From positions 179,822 through 243,821 of IMG/VR virus record IMGVR_UViG_3300042386_001233: a stretch of 64,000 bases of DNA; one strand, written 5' to 3'. Positions 1 to 9,644 of this stretch are shown here, piece after piece (position 1 is the stretch's first letter; every line of letters begins with the position of its first letter). The notes below the pieces were generated by a model. That model made no database searches and was not told where the DNA came from. It saw nothing but the letters and a program-made list of their open reading frames with translations. The position numbers and the translations under genes are program-made.

Positions 1-9
1 GTTTTACAC

Positions 10-246
10 TCATATTTGATCCTCCGTATATAATATTTCAAACTCTTCTAATGGACAAAGTTCTTCATCCCAAAAACCATTTCTTAAACCTCTACCAAGT
101 ATATGTCCTGCTTTTAGCCAAGTATTATGATAGCTATCAAGAGTCATTCTTTTGGTAATTCTGCCCCAATCACATATTGTAGCATCAAAAACTTCTGTTC
201 CAGCATCAAACCATTCGTCTGATTTAGACACAAATTTGACATACAT
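10..246 (-). CDS. hypothetical protein
   Basis: ORF in tightly packed co-oriented run. Confidence 0.6.
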   Translation of the reverse strand: MYVKFVSKSDEWFDAGTEVFDATICDWGRITKRMTLDSYHNTWLKAGHILGRGLRNGFWDEELCPLEEFEILYTEDQI

Positions 247-944
247 TATTCTTTTGCCTCTTTAAATTCATAAAAGTATTCTTCTTCTTCTGATTTGCTT
301 ACCCACCTACTACCAGTATGCTCACAACTAAATTCTTTGCTAAAAACTTTCCAATCTGGTTTCTTGTCAAATGTTCTACTGATAAAACTTCCTCCATCCA
401 TCCACAGTACCCTATTGTTTGGTTGTATAAAAAATTGTCCACCTTCACCTAAGAATACATGACCACATTTATGACCAGCAGCCATTTCACCATAACCAGA
501 TTTGTACTGTGGGCCAAAACACCAATCTAAAGTAAACAAATATTTGGATCTATGTAATGAATGATCCTTTAGCATTATTTTAGCTGCTCTGTTTTTTGTA
601 TATTCATTAATATTGCACGACACATAGTAGCTCATACTATCCCACAGTTGTATCCAGTCCAATGGATATTCGCTACCTCCCTCATCATTACCTCTTAGAT
701 AATGAATTGGAACTCTGGCGTGTTGACTTCCATATTCTGTCATAATAGAAAACATACCACATCTTTGTGGGATGCTGGTGAAGCTAAAAACTTCAACCAC
801 TATTCTTTCATTTTTGACATTAGGGAGTTCATCGTTTAGAAAGCCCGTATCAAGAAAACACCAAAATGGAGGAATGTCTATATTTAGGTAATTGCTCACG
901 GTACTGTTCTTTCTGAAGGAATATTTGGCTCCTGTAAATTCCAC
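246..944 (-). CDS. hypothetical protein
   Basis: 232-aa ORF, stop/start overlap with neighbour. Confidence 0.75.
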   Translation of the reverse strand: MEFTGAKYSFRKNSTVSNYLNIDIPPFWCFLDTGFLNDELPNVKNERIVVEVFSFTSIPQRCGMFSIMTEYGSQHARVPIHYLRGNDEGGSEYPLDWIQLWDSMSYYVSCNINEYTKNRAAKIMLKDHSLHRSKYLFTLDWCFGPQYKSGYGEMAAGHKCGHVFLGEGGQFFIQPNNRVLWMDGGSFISRTFDKKPDWKVFSKEFSCEHTGSRWVSKSEEEEYFYEFKEAKE

Positions 945-1123
945 ATAGGATTAGCACCAAAGTATATCTCATGACTATCTACATGAATACACTCTCTTGT
1001 TGAGAACAAATCTACTACCCAAATAGTATTAATGTCTGGCCCATAATCTATAACCAATCTAGCAAAACCTTCTCCTTTTGGAGTAAAAACATTGATAGGA
1101 GGATTTAATTGCAAAATATACAT
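896..1123 (-). CDS. hypothetical protein
   Basis: co-oriented ORF. Confidence 0.6.
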   Translation of the reverse strand: MYILQLNPPINVFTPKGEGFARLVIDYGPDINTIWVVDLFSTRECIHVDSHEIYFGANPMWNLQEPNIPSERTVP

Positions 1124-1368
1124 TAATAATCGCTCACTGTAAATTTAACATCGGCTTTTTCTTCTTTAAACTTGGTTTGATGTTCAACCCATTTATCTTC
1201 TGTCATATGATTAAAAATAGCGGTAGCTACTTTGCTAACACTTTTTGCTACTCCACTAGCATCCGGCCCAGCATCTAACTTAGCCCAATAATAAAGACCA
1301 TCTTCCTTGTCTTTAATTACTTCATAACCCTGTGTTTTAGCCCATTTTTTGATTTCGGAGATCATCAT
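1123..1368 (-). CDS. hypothetical protein
   Basis: co-oriented ORF, overlapping junctions. Confidence 0.65.
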   Translation of the reverse strand: MMISEIKKWAKTQGYEVIKDKEDGLYYWAKLDAGPDASGVAKSVSKVATAIFNHMTEDKWVEHQTKFKEEKADVKFTVSDY

Positions 1369-1369
1369 A

Positions 1370-1681
1370 TTAACAACTCATGTTACCAGACTTGGGTGGT
1401 TTGTCAACATACTTTCTTGTGGTTGGATCGTAATTTTCTATAGGTTTATCATAATGCTTCCATGCTTTTTCATGTCGCAAAGCAATGATCTCTTTTTCTT
1501 GCTCAAATATTCTTTTCTTTTGATATTCAATTAACTTATATAGCTCAATGATGTAATCTAAAACCTGCTGTCCTTTATATTGTGACAGGATACTGCTGAC
1601 TTTAGACAAATTCATAGGCTCATACTTGAGTGTCATATCGTAATCGTCTGGATTCCAGTTAGGATCATATGCCTCGCTCAT
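1370..1681 (-). CDS. hypothetical protein
   Basis: co-oriented ORF. Confidence 0.65.
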   Translation of the reverse strand: MSEAYDPNWNPDDYDMTLKYEPMNLSKVSSILSQYKGQQVLDYIIELYKLIEYQKKRIFEQEKEIIALRHEKAWKHYDKPIENYDPTTRKYVDKPPKSGNMSC

Positions 1682-2025
1682 TTTTGCATAGCCTCTTCAT
1701 GGGAAATTGTTCTCTTATGATCAAATCCCATAGAGAATCCCTGCATATAAACAGTTTTAAGTAGACGAGAATTTTCTCCAACAAGTTGTCTATTATCTTT
1801 TGCCCAAAGAACAAAACTTTTCTCTTCATCGCAAATATCAGACAAGTCTGGATAATAAATATCATCAAACCAATAATAATGTTTTTGTAGCATAGTATCT
1901 AATGCTATAAATACTGGTGGTTTTGGATCATAACTATGGTCTATTGCTGATATAACAAGCTCATCCATAAACACATTAACAATCTTGTCTCCAACCTTTA
2001 ATCCCATAGCCAAATCAAGACGCAT
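1678..2025 (-). CDS. hypothetical protein
   Basis: ORF; start chosen after AAGGAG RBS. Confidence 0.65.
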   Translation of the reverse strand: MRLDLAMGLKVGDKIVNVFMDELVISAIDHSYDPKPPVFIALDTMLQKHYYWFDDIYYPDLSDICDEEKSFVLWAKDNRQLVGENSRLLKTVYMQGFSMGFDHKRTISHEEAMQK

Positions 2026-2215
2026 TAGTAGTCTCCTTACTAAATTGATCCATATATGAATTGTAGGCATCTTCTAGATTTTCAATAAGCTTAAATTTCC
2101 AGATTGGAGCCTTGTTCCATTCTGTACTCTCGTCAATGCTTTCAATCAAACACTGTAATGCTTTTTCTGTGCCTATTGTTTCTAATGCTTTTTTAATTTG
2201 GTCTTTATTAGTCAT
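2015..2215 (-). CDS. hypothetical protein
   Basis: ORF; start chosen after RBS. Confidence 0.6.
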   Translation of the reverse strand: MTNKDQIKKALETIGTEKALQCLIESIDESTEWNKAPIWKFKLIENLEDAYNSYMDQFSKETTNAS

Positions 2216-2538
2216 CCCATCCTCTTGTATAAATAACTTCCTGCCCAATCACACTCATCAATAAGTTTTTTGTGGTCATGAAATAGATTGTATCTAGCAT
2301 CTTTATATGGAGCTTTATAGCTTGCTGGCTTATAAACATCTCCGGTGTTTTTATCTACGAAAGCATGAATAGTCTCAACACCTTCCCAAACTTGAGTAAT
2401 CTTGTAGTATTTCTTATTCTCTTTGAAGAAATAATAAACAGCTTGTTCATCTCCATAGGTCTGTTTTTTAGCTTTTACTTCAAGAGCATCTAACCATATG
2501 TTAATATGGTCATGAAAATTAGTAGCTGTAGAGTTCAC
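2212..2538 (-). CDS. conserved phage hypothetical protein
   Basis: IHAFVDKNTGDVYKPASYKAP motif typical of phage early hypotheticals. Confidence 0.7.
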   Translation of the reverse strand: MNSTATNFHDHINIWLDALEVKAKKQTYGDEQAVYYFFKENKKYYKITQVWEGVETIHAFVDKNTGDVYKPASYKAPYKDARYNLFHDHKKLIDECDWAGSYLYKRMG

Positions 2539-2634
2539 CAGTTAACCCCTAAAAAATAACCAAAAACAAAAAATACAATAATCACTAAAGTTAGTTCGAT
2601 TAACCAAGTAAAATCCCAATCCATCCAGTTCCTC

Positions 2635-2663
2635 ATTCTATCTTATCGGTTTTCTCTTGTCAA
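2635..2663 (-). promoter_or_regulatory. sigma70-type promoter TTGACA-17-TAGAAT
   Basis: direct match; CGATA in spacer. Confidence 0.7.
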
Positions 2664-2667
2664 GACT

Positions 2668-2895
2668 TCAAGCAAAACCAATTCTTTGCTTTGTTGTAGA
2701 TAGAGTGCTTTCAATTTCATAGTCAGCAAAACTCTTGCAGTCATAACTTCGTCCATTCCACCAGCCAATTTCATAGCTGATCGAATTATTTCCACGAATA
2801 TTAATCCCTGTTACCTTGCCGAATACATCTTCAGCCAGTTTAACGTCAGTACCAATAGCAAAAACTTCTGTCTTATCTTTCATTATTATCTCCAT
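2668..2895 (-). CDS. hypothetical protein
   Basis: co-oriented ORF. Confidence 0.6.
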   Translation of the reverse strand: MEIIMKDKTEVFAIGTDVKLAEDVFGKVTGINIRGNNSISYEIGWWNGRSYDCKSFADYEIESTLSTTKQRIGFA

Positions 2896-3109
2896 TTTCT
2901 ATCCATAGGTTGTGGTCGAACATCGGCGGCTTGTCTTGATCTAATAGCGATCTGCGTTCTTCTCGCAAAGAACCTATTTCTTTTCTTTGGGTTCTAATCT
3001 CATTTTTAAGAGACTCTATTGTATATTTTTGCTGTTCTATTGTTTTTTCCAGACGATTGATATAAGTATCTATATCAAAAAATGGATCTTTTTTATCTAA
3101 CTGTTTCAT
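2873..3109 (-). CDS. hypothetical coiled-coil protein
   Basis: heptad-like sequence. Confidence 0.6.
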   Translation of the reverse strand: MKQLDKKDPFFDIDTYINRLEKTIEQQKYTIESLKNEIRTQRKEIGSLREERRSLLDQDKPPMFDHNLWIENGDNNER

Positions 3110-3308
3110 GATTCCATGCTTTTTCTAGATAGCTTAGTGTTGTATCGGTTTTGTTATCGTTATAAAAACAATCTAAGTCTGTTGAGATTAATTCTCTATG
3201 CTTATCGGGCCAAACTTCTGATAAGGAATTCATAACTGTTTGACCATACCTTAAACCATACTTTTTAAGATCATGATCAATTTTGTTTTTAAAATCAGAG
3301 TAGGTCAC
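3093..3308 (-). CDS. hypothetical protein
   Basis: co-oriented ORF. Confidence 0.6.
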   Translation of the reverse strand: MTYSDFKNKIDHDLKKYGLRYGQTVMNSLSEVWPDKHRELISTDLDCFYNDNKTDTTLSYLEKAWNHETVR

Positions 3309-3520
3309 TTATGTCTCTTTTTAAGAAGAGTCACAATATCTCCGGCGGTATCTACAACATTGTTCCCGCCAAGATAATACTGTCCAGTAATCTGAATCAT
3401 TTCATCCAAAGTATCTTCAGCATTATAAAGTCTGGCCCACTTTGGCTTATATTCAGCTTTCATATAATTCCAAACACTATTATAGAAATCACAAATAGCT
3501 TGATTTACTGACTCGTTCAT
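3305..3520 (-). CDS. hypothetical protein
   Basis: co-oriented ORF with RBS. Confidence 0.6.
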   Translation of the reverse strand: MNESVNQAICDFYNSVWNYMKAEYKPKWARLYNAEDTLDEMIQITGQYYLGGNNVVDTAGDIVTLLKKRHK

Positions 3521-3663
3521 TGCTTTTCCTTTTTAGTAGATGATTCGTCTTTCACTTCTAGTTTAACGTCCTCTGGTTCCTTTGTCAAGCCCTCTGGTTG
3601 CTCGTTATAAGGGCAGTTAAAGCATCCAAGGGGCAGCAGTACCCTCTTTTTAATAGGAACTCC

Positions 3664-4017
3664 CTAGATAGCATCAACCTGTTCGCTCTGAGGATATTCT
3701 TTGATAGTCCATCCTAGCTGTAGTAAGTCTGATCGAATTTCATCAGTAACAAAACTCTCCCCAACATATCCATCATGATGATTACCTATTCCAGAACAAT
3801 ACCAATCAATATAACTCTCTCCCTTATTTCTTATATCTGCAATAACACCCCCAGCATATCTCCAAGAACAACTCCATTCTTCATCATTCTTGTAGAATAA
3901 ATTATTGCACATGGCGGAATATAAATTTTGGCTGTAAGATTCGCTGTTAACACATTTGTCTGTAATATAATCCGATTTGATAAGATCGTGTTCTAAACTA
4001 ACTGTTCTCATGACCAC
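3664..4017 (-). CDS. hypothetical protein
   Basis: 117-aa ORF. Confidence 0.7.
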   Translation of the reverse strand: MVMRTVSLEHDLIKSDYITDKCVNSESYSQNLYSAMCNNLFYKNDEEWSCSWRYAGGVIADIRNKGESYIDWYCSGIGNHHDGYVGESFVTDEIRSDLLQLGWTIKEYPQSEQVDAI

Positions 4018-4790
4018 AACTCCTTACGGATTTTAATTAGTTCAATGAGCATTTTTGTATCTTCTTTTTCGTAGTCTGCTTCAATCTTTTCAAGCTTTTT
4101 AAATTCCAGTAGTTCTTTTTTAGATATCTTTCCACCCATCAAGTTGTCTTCTTTATTCTGATCCCAGTTTAATCCAGCAACAGTCATTGGTTCTGGTCGA
4201 TTAGGACGATCTTTCCACCAGAGATAAAGTTCTTTAATCTTTTGTGCAGAGATGGCTTGGTGGGTTGGTTTTCCGTACTTTGGGTCTTTTTTATCTACTC
4301 CCCAATCTTTGGTATACTTTAAAGAACAAGCCCACTTTAGATAAGCTAATCCTGCTTCAATTGATCGACCATGTTTGAACTTGTATTTTTTAGTACCTTT
4401 TTTAAGAGACCATTTTGCTAGGTGTGCATATTCAATCTCTACAAAATCCACAAGCTCATTAAATAACCCATGAAGAATTCTATAATCAAGCTCATAGTAA
4501 TGTCCTGGCTTTAGTCTAGTTTTTAGATAGTGTGTTTTAGTTATCCAACGATTGTTGATATAGTATCTAATCTCAGTGTAAACGTCCACAGGAAACATGA
4601 TCAAATCCTGTAGTTTAGGTAATACTTCTTCTGCCAGCCAATATCTTACTGGTCTTTTCTTTTTTTGTTTTTTATTCCATTCGTCCCATTTGCCCCACTC
4701 TAAAGCAAAGGGTTTCTTCTCTCCGCGAATAAAATCCGCGAACCTAGAACAATTCCAATGATGAACTCTTGATTTTGGTCTTAGCCACAT
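4008..4790 (-). CDS. hypothetical protein
   Basis: 260-aa ORF. Confidence 0.75.
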   Translation of the reverse strand: MWLRPKSRVHHWNCSRFADFIRGEKKPFALEWGKWDEWNKKQKKKRPVRYWLAEEVLPKLQDLIMFPVDVYTEIRYYINNRWITKTHYLKTRLKPGHYYELDYRILHGLFNELVDFVEIEYAHLAKWSLKKGTKKYKFKHGRSIEAGLAYLKWACSLKYTKDWGVDKKDPKYGKPTHQAISAQKIKELYLWWKDRPNRPEPMTVAGLNWDQNKEDNLMGGKISKKELLEFKKLEKIEADYEKEDTKMLIELIKIRKELWS

Positions 4791-4912
4791 AATTTATTCC
4801 TGTACTTTAGTTCCAATATCATAAGGATATCCATCTTCTACTTCTTCACTATAAGTATCTTCATAATGATTATCCCACCAAGGAATTTTACTATCTGGTA
4901 ATGTACTCATGA

Positions 4913-5095
4913 TTAAAATTGAAATTCTTTTAGGATATTTAATATTCGTCGTGCTAATGCAGCACCACCGACAATTCTACCATCATTATAATCTTCACCA
5001 TATCCAGCACTAGCCTCATGATCTTTTTGTGCTTTGATCTTTTGGTTACACAATTTCATAATTTCAAGTATGCTAGTTTTTTCTTTGTCGTTCAT
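4913..5095 (-). CDS. hypothetical protein (YxDGRIVG family)
   Basis: paralogous to 6685-6846. Confidence 0.6.
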   Translation of the reverse strand: MNDKEKTSILEIMKLCNQKIKAQKDHEASAGYGEDYNDGRIVGGAALARRILNILKEFQF

Positions 5096-5243
5096 ACAAA
5101 TAATCTATCCTGCAATAGTTTTCTAACTGTTTCTGTTACATTAATCCCATTAAGTATAATGTCGTCAGAGCCATAAGGATTACTTGGCATCTTTTTAGCA
5201 ACCGTATTGTATAGCCAAAATATAACAAACCGCTCATTTTCTG

Positions 5244-5465
5244 TCACAGAATGGCCTCCTTGGTTTCCTCATCAAGAACAGGATTATCAAAAGATTCTAT
5301 TAGTCTTTGTAGGGTAACTTTAAGATCTTCTAAGCCTTCTTCCATAATTCTAATAGGTTCTTCTGTCCAGCCTTTTACTTTCCCATCTTCATCATAATAA
5401 ACTTCATGGATAGCATAATAAATACTGTCATCATCAATATGTCTAATTATTCTATGATTCCACAT
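5244..5465 (-). CDS. hypothetical protein
   Basis: WNHRI..IHEVYY motif; similar to 9955-10215. Confidence 0.65.
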   Translation of the reverse strand: MWNHRIIRHIDDDSIYYAIHEVYYDEDGKVKGWTEEPIRIMEEGLEDLKVTLQRLIESFDNPVLDEETKEAIL

Positions 5466-5592
5466 GATATAATCCTTTGTATTAAAGCAGAATTGGTTTT
5501 GGTCATTTACGAAAACTTTTCTGCAAACAAAACCTACGGCTGTTGATTATTGAGGATACCCGCGACCCCAACCTTTCGGCATCAACATTTTA

Positions 5593-5620
5593 ATTATACT
5601 ACCCGATACTAGACTGTCAA
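5593..5620 (-). promoter_or_regulatory. sigma70-type promoter TTGACA-16-TATAAT
   Basis: direct match. Confidence 0.6.
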
Positions 5621-6220
5621 TAGTTCAGTTTCCAATTCGTTTAAACATCTGAAATCCGTACCACTTATATTCATATTCCAACTCTTATGATAATGACCAA
5701 ATCGCCATTTCTTAGGTTGATGAATATTAAATAGCTCTTGCAAAGCCCATCCTGTTAGGTTCTCATATTTTCTTTGGTTGGAATCTAGTATTTGTAAACT
5801 AACTTCGTCTGGACAATCATGAGTTAAAACAATATCAGGCTTGATCTGTCTATAAAGCTCTCTGGCCTTCAAGAATTGATCAATAGTAACCTGTTCTTGC
5901 TGCCACCAATTTATTCCAATAGTTCGATCTTGACGATCAATACTATAGGCTCCACGATAAAAAAAGAAGGATATTCCATTCAATGTGGTAAAACCATAAT
6001 CTCCCAAGTAATGAGGAATATGAATAATCCTATCATAATGATCATGATTTCCTCCTATGATCTTGTGTTTTTCATCGTCCACATTAAATACTGTACCATA
6101 ATCAAAACCAAAATCTCCTAATTGAATAGTATATGGATGACGATCTTTTTCTCTGATAATTTCATGGTAGCGTTTATATTTACCATGAACGTCGCCAATA
6201 AGAGTTATTGAATCTTTCAT
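5609..6220 (-). CDS. calcineurin-like metallophosphoesterase
   Basis: GDVHG, GDFG, GNHD, THD, GHYH motifs. Confidence 0.85.
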   Translation of the reverse strand: MKDSITLIGDVHGKYKRYHEIIREKDRHPYTIQLGDFGFDYGTVFNVDDEKHKIIGGNHDHYDRIIHIPHYLGDYGFTTLNGISFFFYRGAYSIDRQDRTIGINWWQQEQVTIDQFLKARELYRQIKPDIVLTHDCPDEVSLQILDSNQRKYENLTGWALQELFNIHQPKKWRFGHYHKSWNMNISGTDFRCLNELETELLTV

Positions 6221-6498
6221 ACTCCATCCAAAGGATCGTTTTCATAAGGATAACTAAACGGCCCTAAAACACTTTTTCTTTTTTCTTTCAGTAAATCAAT
6301 TACATCATTGAAGCACGACTCGCACAGATCAACCTCAAATCTTGATCCATCATTCTTTGAGCCATATCCCCAACAAGATTCAAGAGTGGCATAATCTGGC
6401 CCAACATCTGGATAGTTAGTGGTACTTTTCCCACAAGCATCACATGAAACGTCATCAAGAACTTTTCTAATTTCTTCTTTAAATGTTCTCATTACCAT
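6217..6498 (-). CDS. zinc-ribbon hypothetical protein
   Basis: CxxC ... CxxC. Confidence 0.6.
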   Translation of the reverse strand: MVMRTFKEEIRKVLDDVSCDACGKSTTNYPDVGPDYATLESCWGYGSKNDGSRFEVDLCESCFNDVIDLLKEKRKSVLGPFSYPYENDPLDGV

Positions 6499-6692
6499 CT
6501 TCGTGACGGGTCACGCCTTTTTGGTTTCTTATTTTTAAGTTTAGTCATAGACCAACCGTATGGTACTGTATTGTATTGACTTTTAGAAAGGCCAATATAT
6601 TCTGCCCAGTAATCCATAGTTTTTTTGTATCCATCAATAATAACGTCTTTGGAACAAGTTTTCTTCAACAAATCTTCAAAACTCTTAGCCAT
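6492..6692 (-). CDS. hypothetical protein
   Basis: co-oriented ORF. Confidence 0.55.
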   Translation of the reverse strand: MAKSFEDLLKKTCSKDVIIDGYKKTMDYWAEYIGLSKSQYNTVPYGWSMTKLKNKKPKRRDPSRRW

Positions 6693-6846
6693 TGTTAATA
6701 ATCTCCAGAATAGTTTCTGCTAGTGTTGAACGCCCAACAATTCGTCCATCCTCATAAGGATCATTATAACTAGATTTTTGACTCCAACATTGCATAATAC
6801 CCAAGCACATTCGCCTAATTTCTTCCAGTTTTTCTTCTTTAGTCAT
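6685..6846 (-). CDS. small hypothetical protein (YxDGRIVG family), 53 aa
   Basis: hand-translated MTKEEKLEEIRRMC...YEDGRIVGRSTLAETILEII; below ORF-track cutoff. Confidence 0.6.
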   Translation of the reverse strand: MTKEEKLEEIRRMCLGIMQCWSQKSSYNDPYEDGRIVGRSTLAETILEIINNG

Positions 6847-7150
6847 TTTCTACCTCTGTTGGAATATAGAGCGGTTGTTTAATATTGCATCGTCCAAGAG
6901 CAATTCTAACGCCCAGCTTTTTATTATAGTTTTCTTTCTTGCTACAAATAGCCAGCCCTTCGTAATGATCACCAGATGGACTGTCAATTACAATTTGAGT
7001 TGATCCACCTTTAGTATCTGGATCAACAGGCCCATAACCATGATCTCCACTAGGCTTGCTACCTACTTGCCACTTATAGTAGCCGTTATAAAGACGATTA
7101 TGAAGAACCCTAACCTTGTAGCCATCATTACGAAGCTGTTGAATTGTCAT
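6839..7150 (-). CDS. conserved phage hypothetical protein
   Basis: AxCSxKENYNKKLGVRIALGR motif. Confidence 0.65.
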   Translation of the reverse strand: MTIQQLRNDGYKVRVLHNRLYNGYYKWQVGSKPSGDHGYGPVDPDTKGGSTQIVIDSPSGDHYEGLAICSKKENYNKKLGVRIALGRCNIKQPLYIPTEVEND

Positions 7151-7354
7151 ATTTTCTCCAATTTATTAATGTAGACCACAAACTTCCACTGTACGAGTGA
7201 TAATAATAGTATTATATTCCTGCAAAAAACTATTTAGATCATCTTGTTTAATAACTAGTTCACAGTTATTCTGACCGATAAAATACTTGTCAAGCAAATT
7301 TTGAACTTTTTGTTGAACTGTTGGACTCATTAGATTTTCTCCAAGGTATGCCCT

Positions 7355-7382
7355 AGTATACTACAGTATCGGCGTTTGTCAA
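7355..7382 (-). promoter_or_regulatory. sigma70-type promoter TTGACA-16-TATACT
   Basis: direct match; CGATA in spacer. Confidence 0.55.
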
Positions 7383-7398
7383 CAACCAACTTTAAAAA

Positions 7399-7608
7399 TC
7401 AGCTAGGAACTTTTTCTTTGTAGTCCTTTACTTCTGCTATGAGTTTTTTCAGTTTTTCATTATCTTTCAAATCAGATAACGTATAGTTAACTCTACGATT
7501 TTGTCTAGAGTCTGGATTCATGTCGCCCAAAAACAAAATACTAATAGCTAAACCGGAACTAACAATTAAAGTAATTATTAGCCCTGCAAAAAAAATAAAC
7601 ATTTCCAT
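7399..7608 (-). CDS. small membrane protein
   Basis: N-terminal hydrophobic helix. Confidence 0.6.
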   Translation of the reverse strand: MEMFIFFAGLIITLIVSSGLAISILFLGDMNPDSRQNRRVNYTLSDLKDNEKLKKLIAEVKDYKEKVPS

Positions 7609-7610
7609 GA

Positions 7611-7781
7611 TTAATCTCCCTTATAAGAGAATAGATTACCAAGACTAAGAATACTAGGAACCCACAAACCTACAAAAAGTCCACTATCTTTAGCCTCTGG
7701 CATACCACTGAACCAAAGACCAACACTAAGAGCAAAGCTCAAAAAAGCAGCAACCAAAACACTAATCTTAAAAACGCTCAT
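7611..7781 (-). CDS. small membrane protein
   Basis: two hydrophobic segments, GLFVGLWVPSILSLG. Confidence 0.6.
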   Translation of the reverse strand: MSVFKISVLVAAFLSFALSVGLWFSGMPEAKDSGLFVGLWVPSILSLGNLFSYKGD

Positions 7782-7867
7782 AATAAAACTCCGGTTTGTG
7801 TTTGTTAAAATAACCTTTCGATACCCTTGCATTATACATCGTCATACTCAGCAGTCAACTTGAATTT

Positions 7868-8077
7868 TTAGGTATTGTCCTTATAAAGACCAACGCTCAC
7901 TCCAGAATCAGCACTTTGATAATACTCTCCCTTACGATATTCTGGAAAATCAACTTCATTGACCCCAAATCCTATCCTAAGATACTCATTAGCATGAATC
8001 TCTCCCTGAAAATAATCGTCAAATACTTTCACTTGTTCGATAGTTGAATTTCTAGCCACAATAAAAACCCATCTCAT
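7868..8077 (-). CDS. hypothetical protein
   Basis: co-oriented ORF. Confidence 0.55.
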   Translation of the reverse strand: MRWVFIVARNSTIEQVKVFDDYFQGEIHANEYLRIGFGVNEVDFPEYRKGEYYQSADSGVSVGLYKDNT

Positions 8078-8463
8078 GTAAATTTCTCCAAAAGGCAGTC
8101 TTTAGCGTAAATTATACCACGTTTAACTGGAGGGTCAACTGGATTTTCAAATTTATTGACAGATTTTACAACCCATCCAAACTTAGGCTTATCATCTTTC
8201 CAACCATACTCATTAGTAATATGAACACAATGTCTTTCATAATCAAAAGCCCAGTGACCTTTATTCTGATATTGAAAACAATGACTAAAAGTTATGGTTC
8301 CGATAATTCTACTCTTAAACTTAGCCGATTTCCCCGGAGTTTCAATTAGTGCCAACTCAACTCCCTCTAATCTTGTGGGGAGTCGATAGGAGCGGGTTTC
8401 GACCGTTTTCTGACCATTAATTAAAAGGGTAGACCACGGGGCTTGAATATTTAAACCAGTCAC
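8074..8463 (-). CDS. ASCH domain protein
   Basis: GLNIQAPWSTLLINGQKTVETR signature. Confidence 0.8.
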   Translation of the reverse strand: MTGLNIQAPWSTLLINGQKTVETRSYRLPTRLEGVELALIETPGKSAKFKSRIIGTITFSHCFQYQNKGHWAFDYERHCVHITNEYGWKDDKPKFGWVVKSVNKFENPVDPPVKRGIIYAKDCLLEKFT

Positions 8464-8549
8464 GAATTACTAAGCTCCAAACTGACATTTAGGACATCTT
8501 TTCCAATTACTACCACAAATTTTGCAAACCGCTCTATAAAACATAGTCA

Positions 8550-9008
8550 TCATTTATGTTCCTGATCGTATTCCTTTTGAGTCATATACGAACCATCTTT
8601 CTTCACTGTAGTAAATTGGCCCATTCCCATACATTTTTCACAAGCCGCCATATCTATTTTCGGCCCAGCAGCACCATATTCTTGAAGCAAAATCTTGTAT
8701 TTGTTCTGAACAATATCGCAATAATCGTAACCATCACCATAGGGTAGTCTAACACACTTTTCACACTTGTCAACCATAAGATGATGATTTATGAATAATG
8801 CCAAACTAGCATCCATCATGAGTTTATTAACGTCTGTTGGATATTCTCCAGAGCCTTTACATTGATTGCAAGTTATCAGTGGTGGTTCTGATAGTTTTTG
8901 TACTTTCTTTTTGTGGATAGGATTAAGAACAAAAATAGAGAATAATAACCCTATAACTGTTCCTAATACTATTATTGTTGGTTTAATATCAAAATTAGTT
9001 TCGTTCAT
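8550..9008 (-). CDS. membrane-anchored protein with DnaJ-type Zn-finger motifs
   Basis: TM helix; CNQCKGSG and CEKCMGMG (CxxCxGxG). Confidence 0.6.
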   Translation of the reverse strand: MNETNFDIKPTIIVLGTVIGLLFSIFVLNPIHKKKVQKLSEPPLITCNQCKGSGEYPTDVNKLMMDASLALFINHHLMVDKCEKCVRLPYGDGYDYCDIVQNKYKILLQEYGAAGPKIDMAACEKCMGMGQFTTVKKDGSYMTQKEYDQEHK

Positions 9009-9228
9009 AAAGAATCCTTAATATTTTACTTGCCATATGAGATATTCCCGCCTCTAATCCTTCTGAATATGTTAATTTTTTACTACCCTCAAGCACCTTC
9101 ATAAACTCTATAGTATCAAGATAAGGCCCGAATGGTTCAGCAGCCTCTTCTTTGCATAAATCTTCTATCTTTTCTATTTTAGTGATAAGATAGAGTAATT
9201 GTTTTTGAAAATCTTTAGTCGTTGTCAT
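8995..9228 (-). CDS. hypothetical protein
   Basis: co-oriented ORF. Confidence 0.6.
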   Translation of the reverse strand: MTTTKDFQKQLLYLITKIEKIEDLCKEEAAEPFGPYLDTIEFMKVLEGSKKLTYSEGLEAGISHMASKILRILYERN

Positions 9229-9403
9229 TTTCCTTGTAGTAAATTACTACTTTGGTTCCATAATCAGTAGTTACTTTAATTTTATAAGGATCATAAGAAA
9301 CTTTTAAGTGATGACACAAATCCTCACCAGCTCTTAATACTTCTTTTAGAGTTGGGGATTGTAGATAAATATCATTATCTTTCGATATATCAAATGTTTT
9401 CAT
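9215..9403 (-). CDS. hypothetical protein
   Basis: co-oriented ORF. Confidence 0.55.
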   Translation of the reverse strand: MKTFDISKDNDIYLQSPTLKEVLRAGEDLCHHLKVSYDPYKIKVTTDYGTKVVIYYKENDND

Positions 9404-9623
9404 TTGTGTATGCTTTCATTATCGACAAAAATTGTTCTATACTTTTTTGTGTAGTTTCTTTTGTGTCTCCATAATCTATAAATAACCATCCATTCAATTC
9501 TGACCATATAAATAATTTAGTTGGACAATCAGAAATCTTAAACAATTTACCATTATATTCTAATATACAAGATATTAGGGTATTGCCATCTATTTGAGAT
9601 CGTCTTTCGTTAATGATTCTCAT
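9390..9623 (-). CDS. hypothetical protein
   Basis: co-oriented ORF. Confidence 0.6.
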   Translation of the reverse strand: MRIINERRSQIDGNTLISCILEYNGKLFKISDCPTKLFIWSELNGWLFIDYGDTKETTQKSIEQFLSIMKAYTNENI

Positions 9624-9644
9624 ACTACTTGTAATATTCCTATA

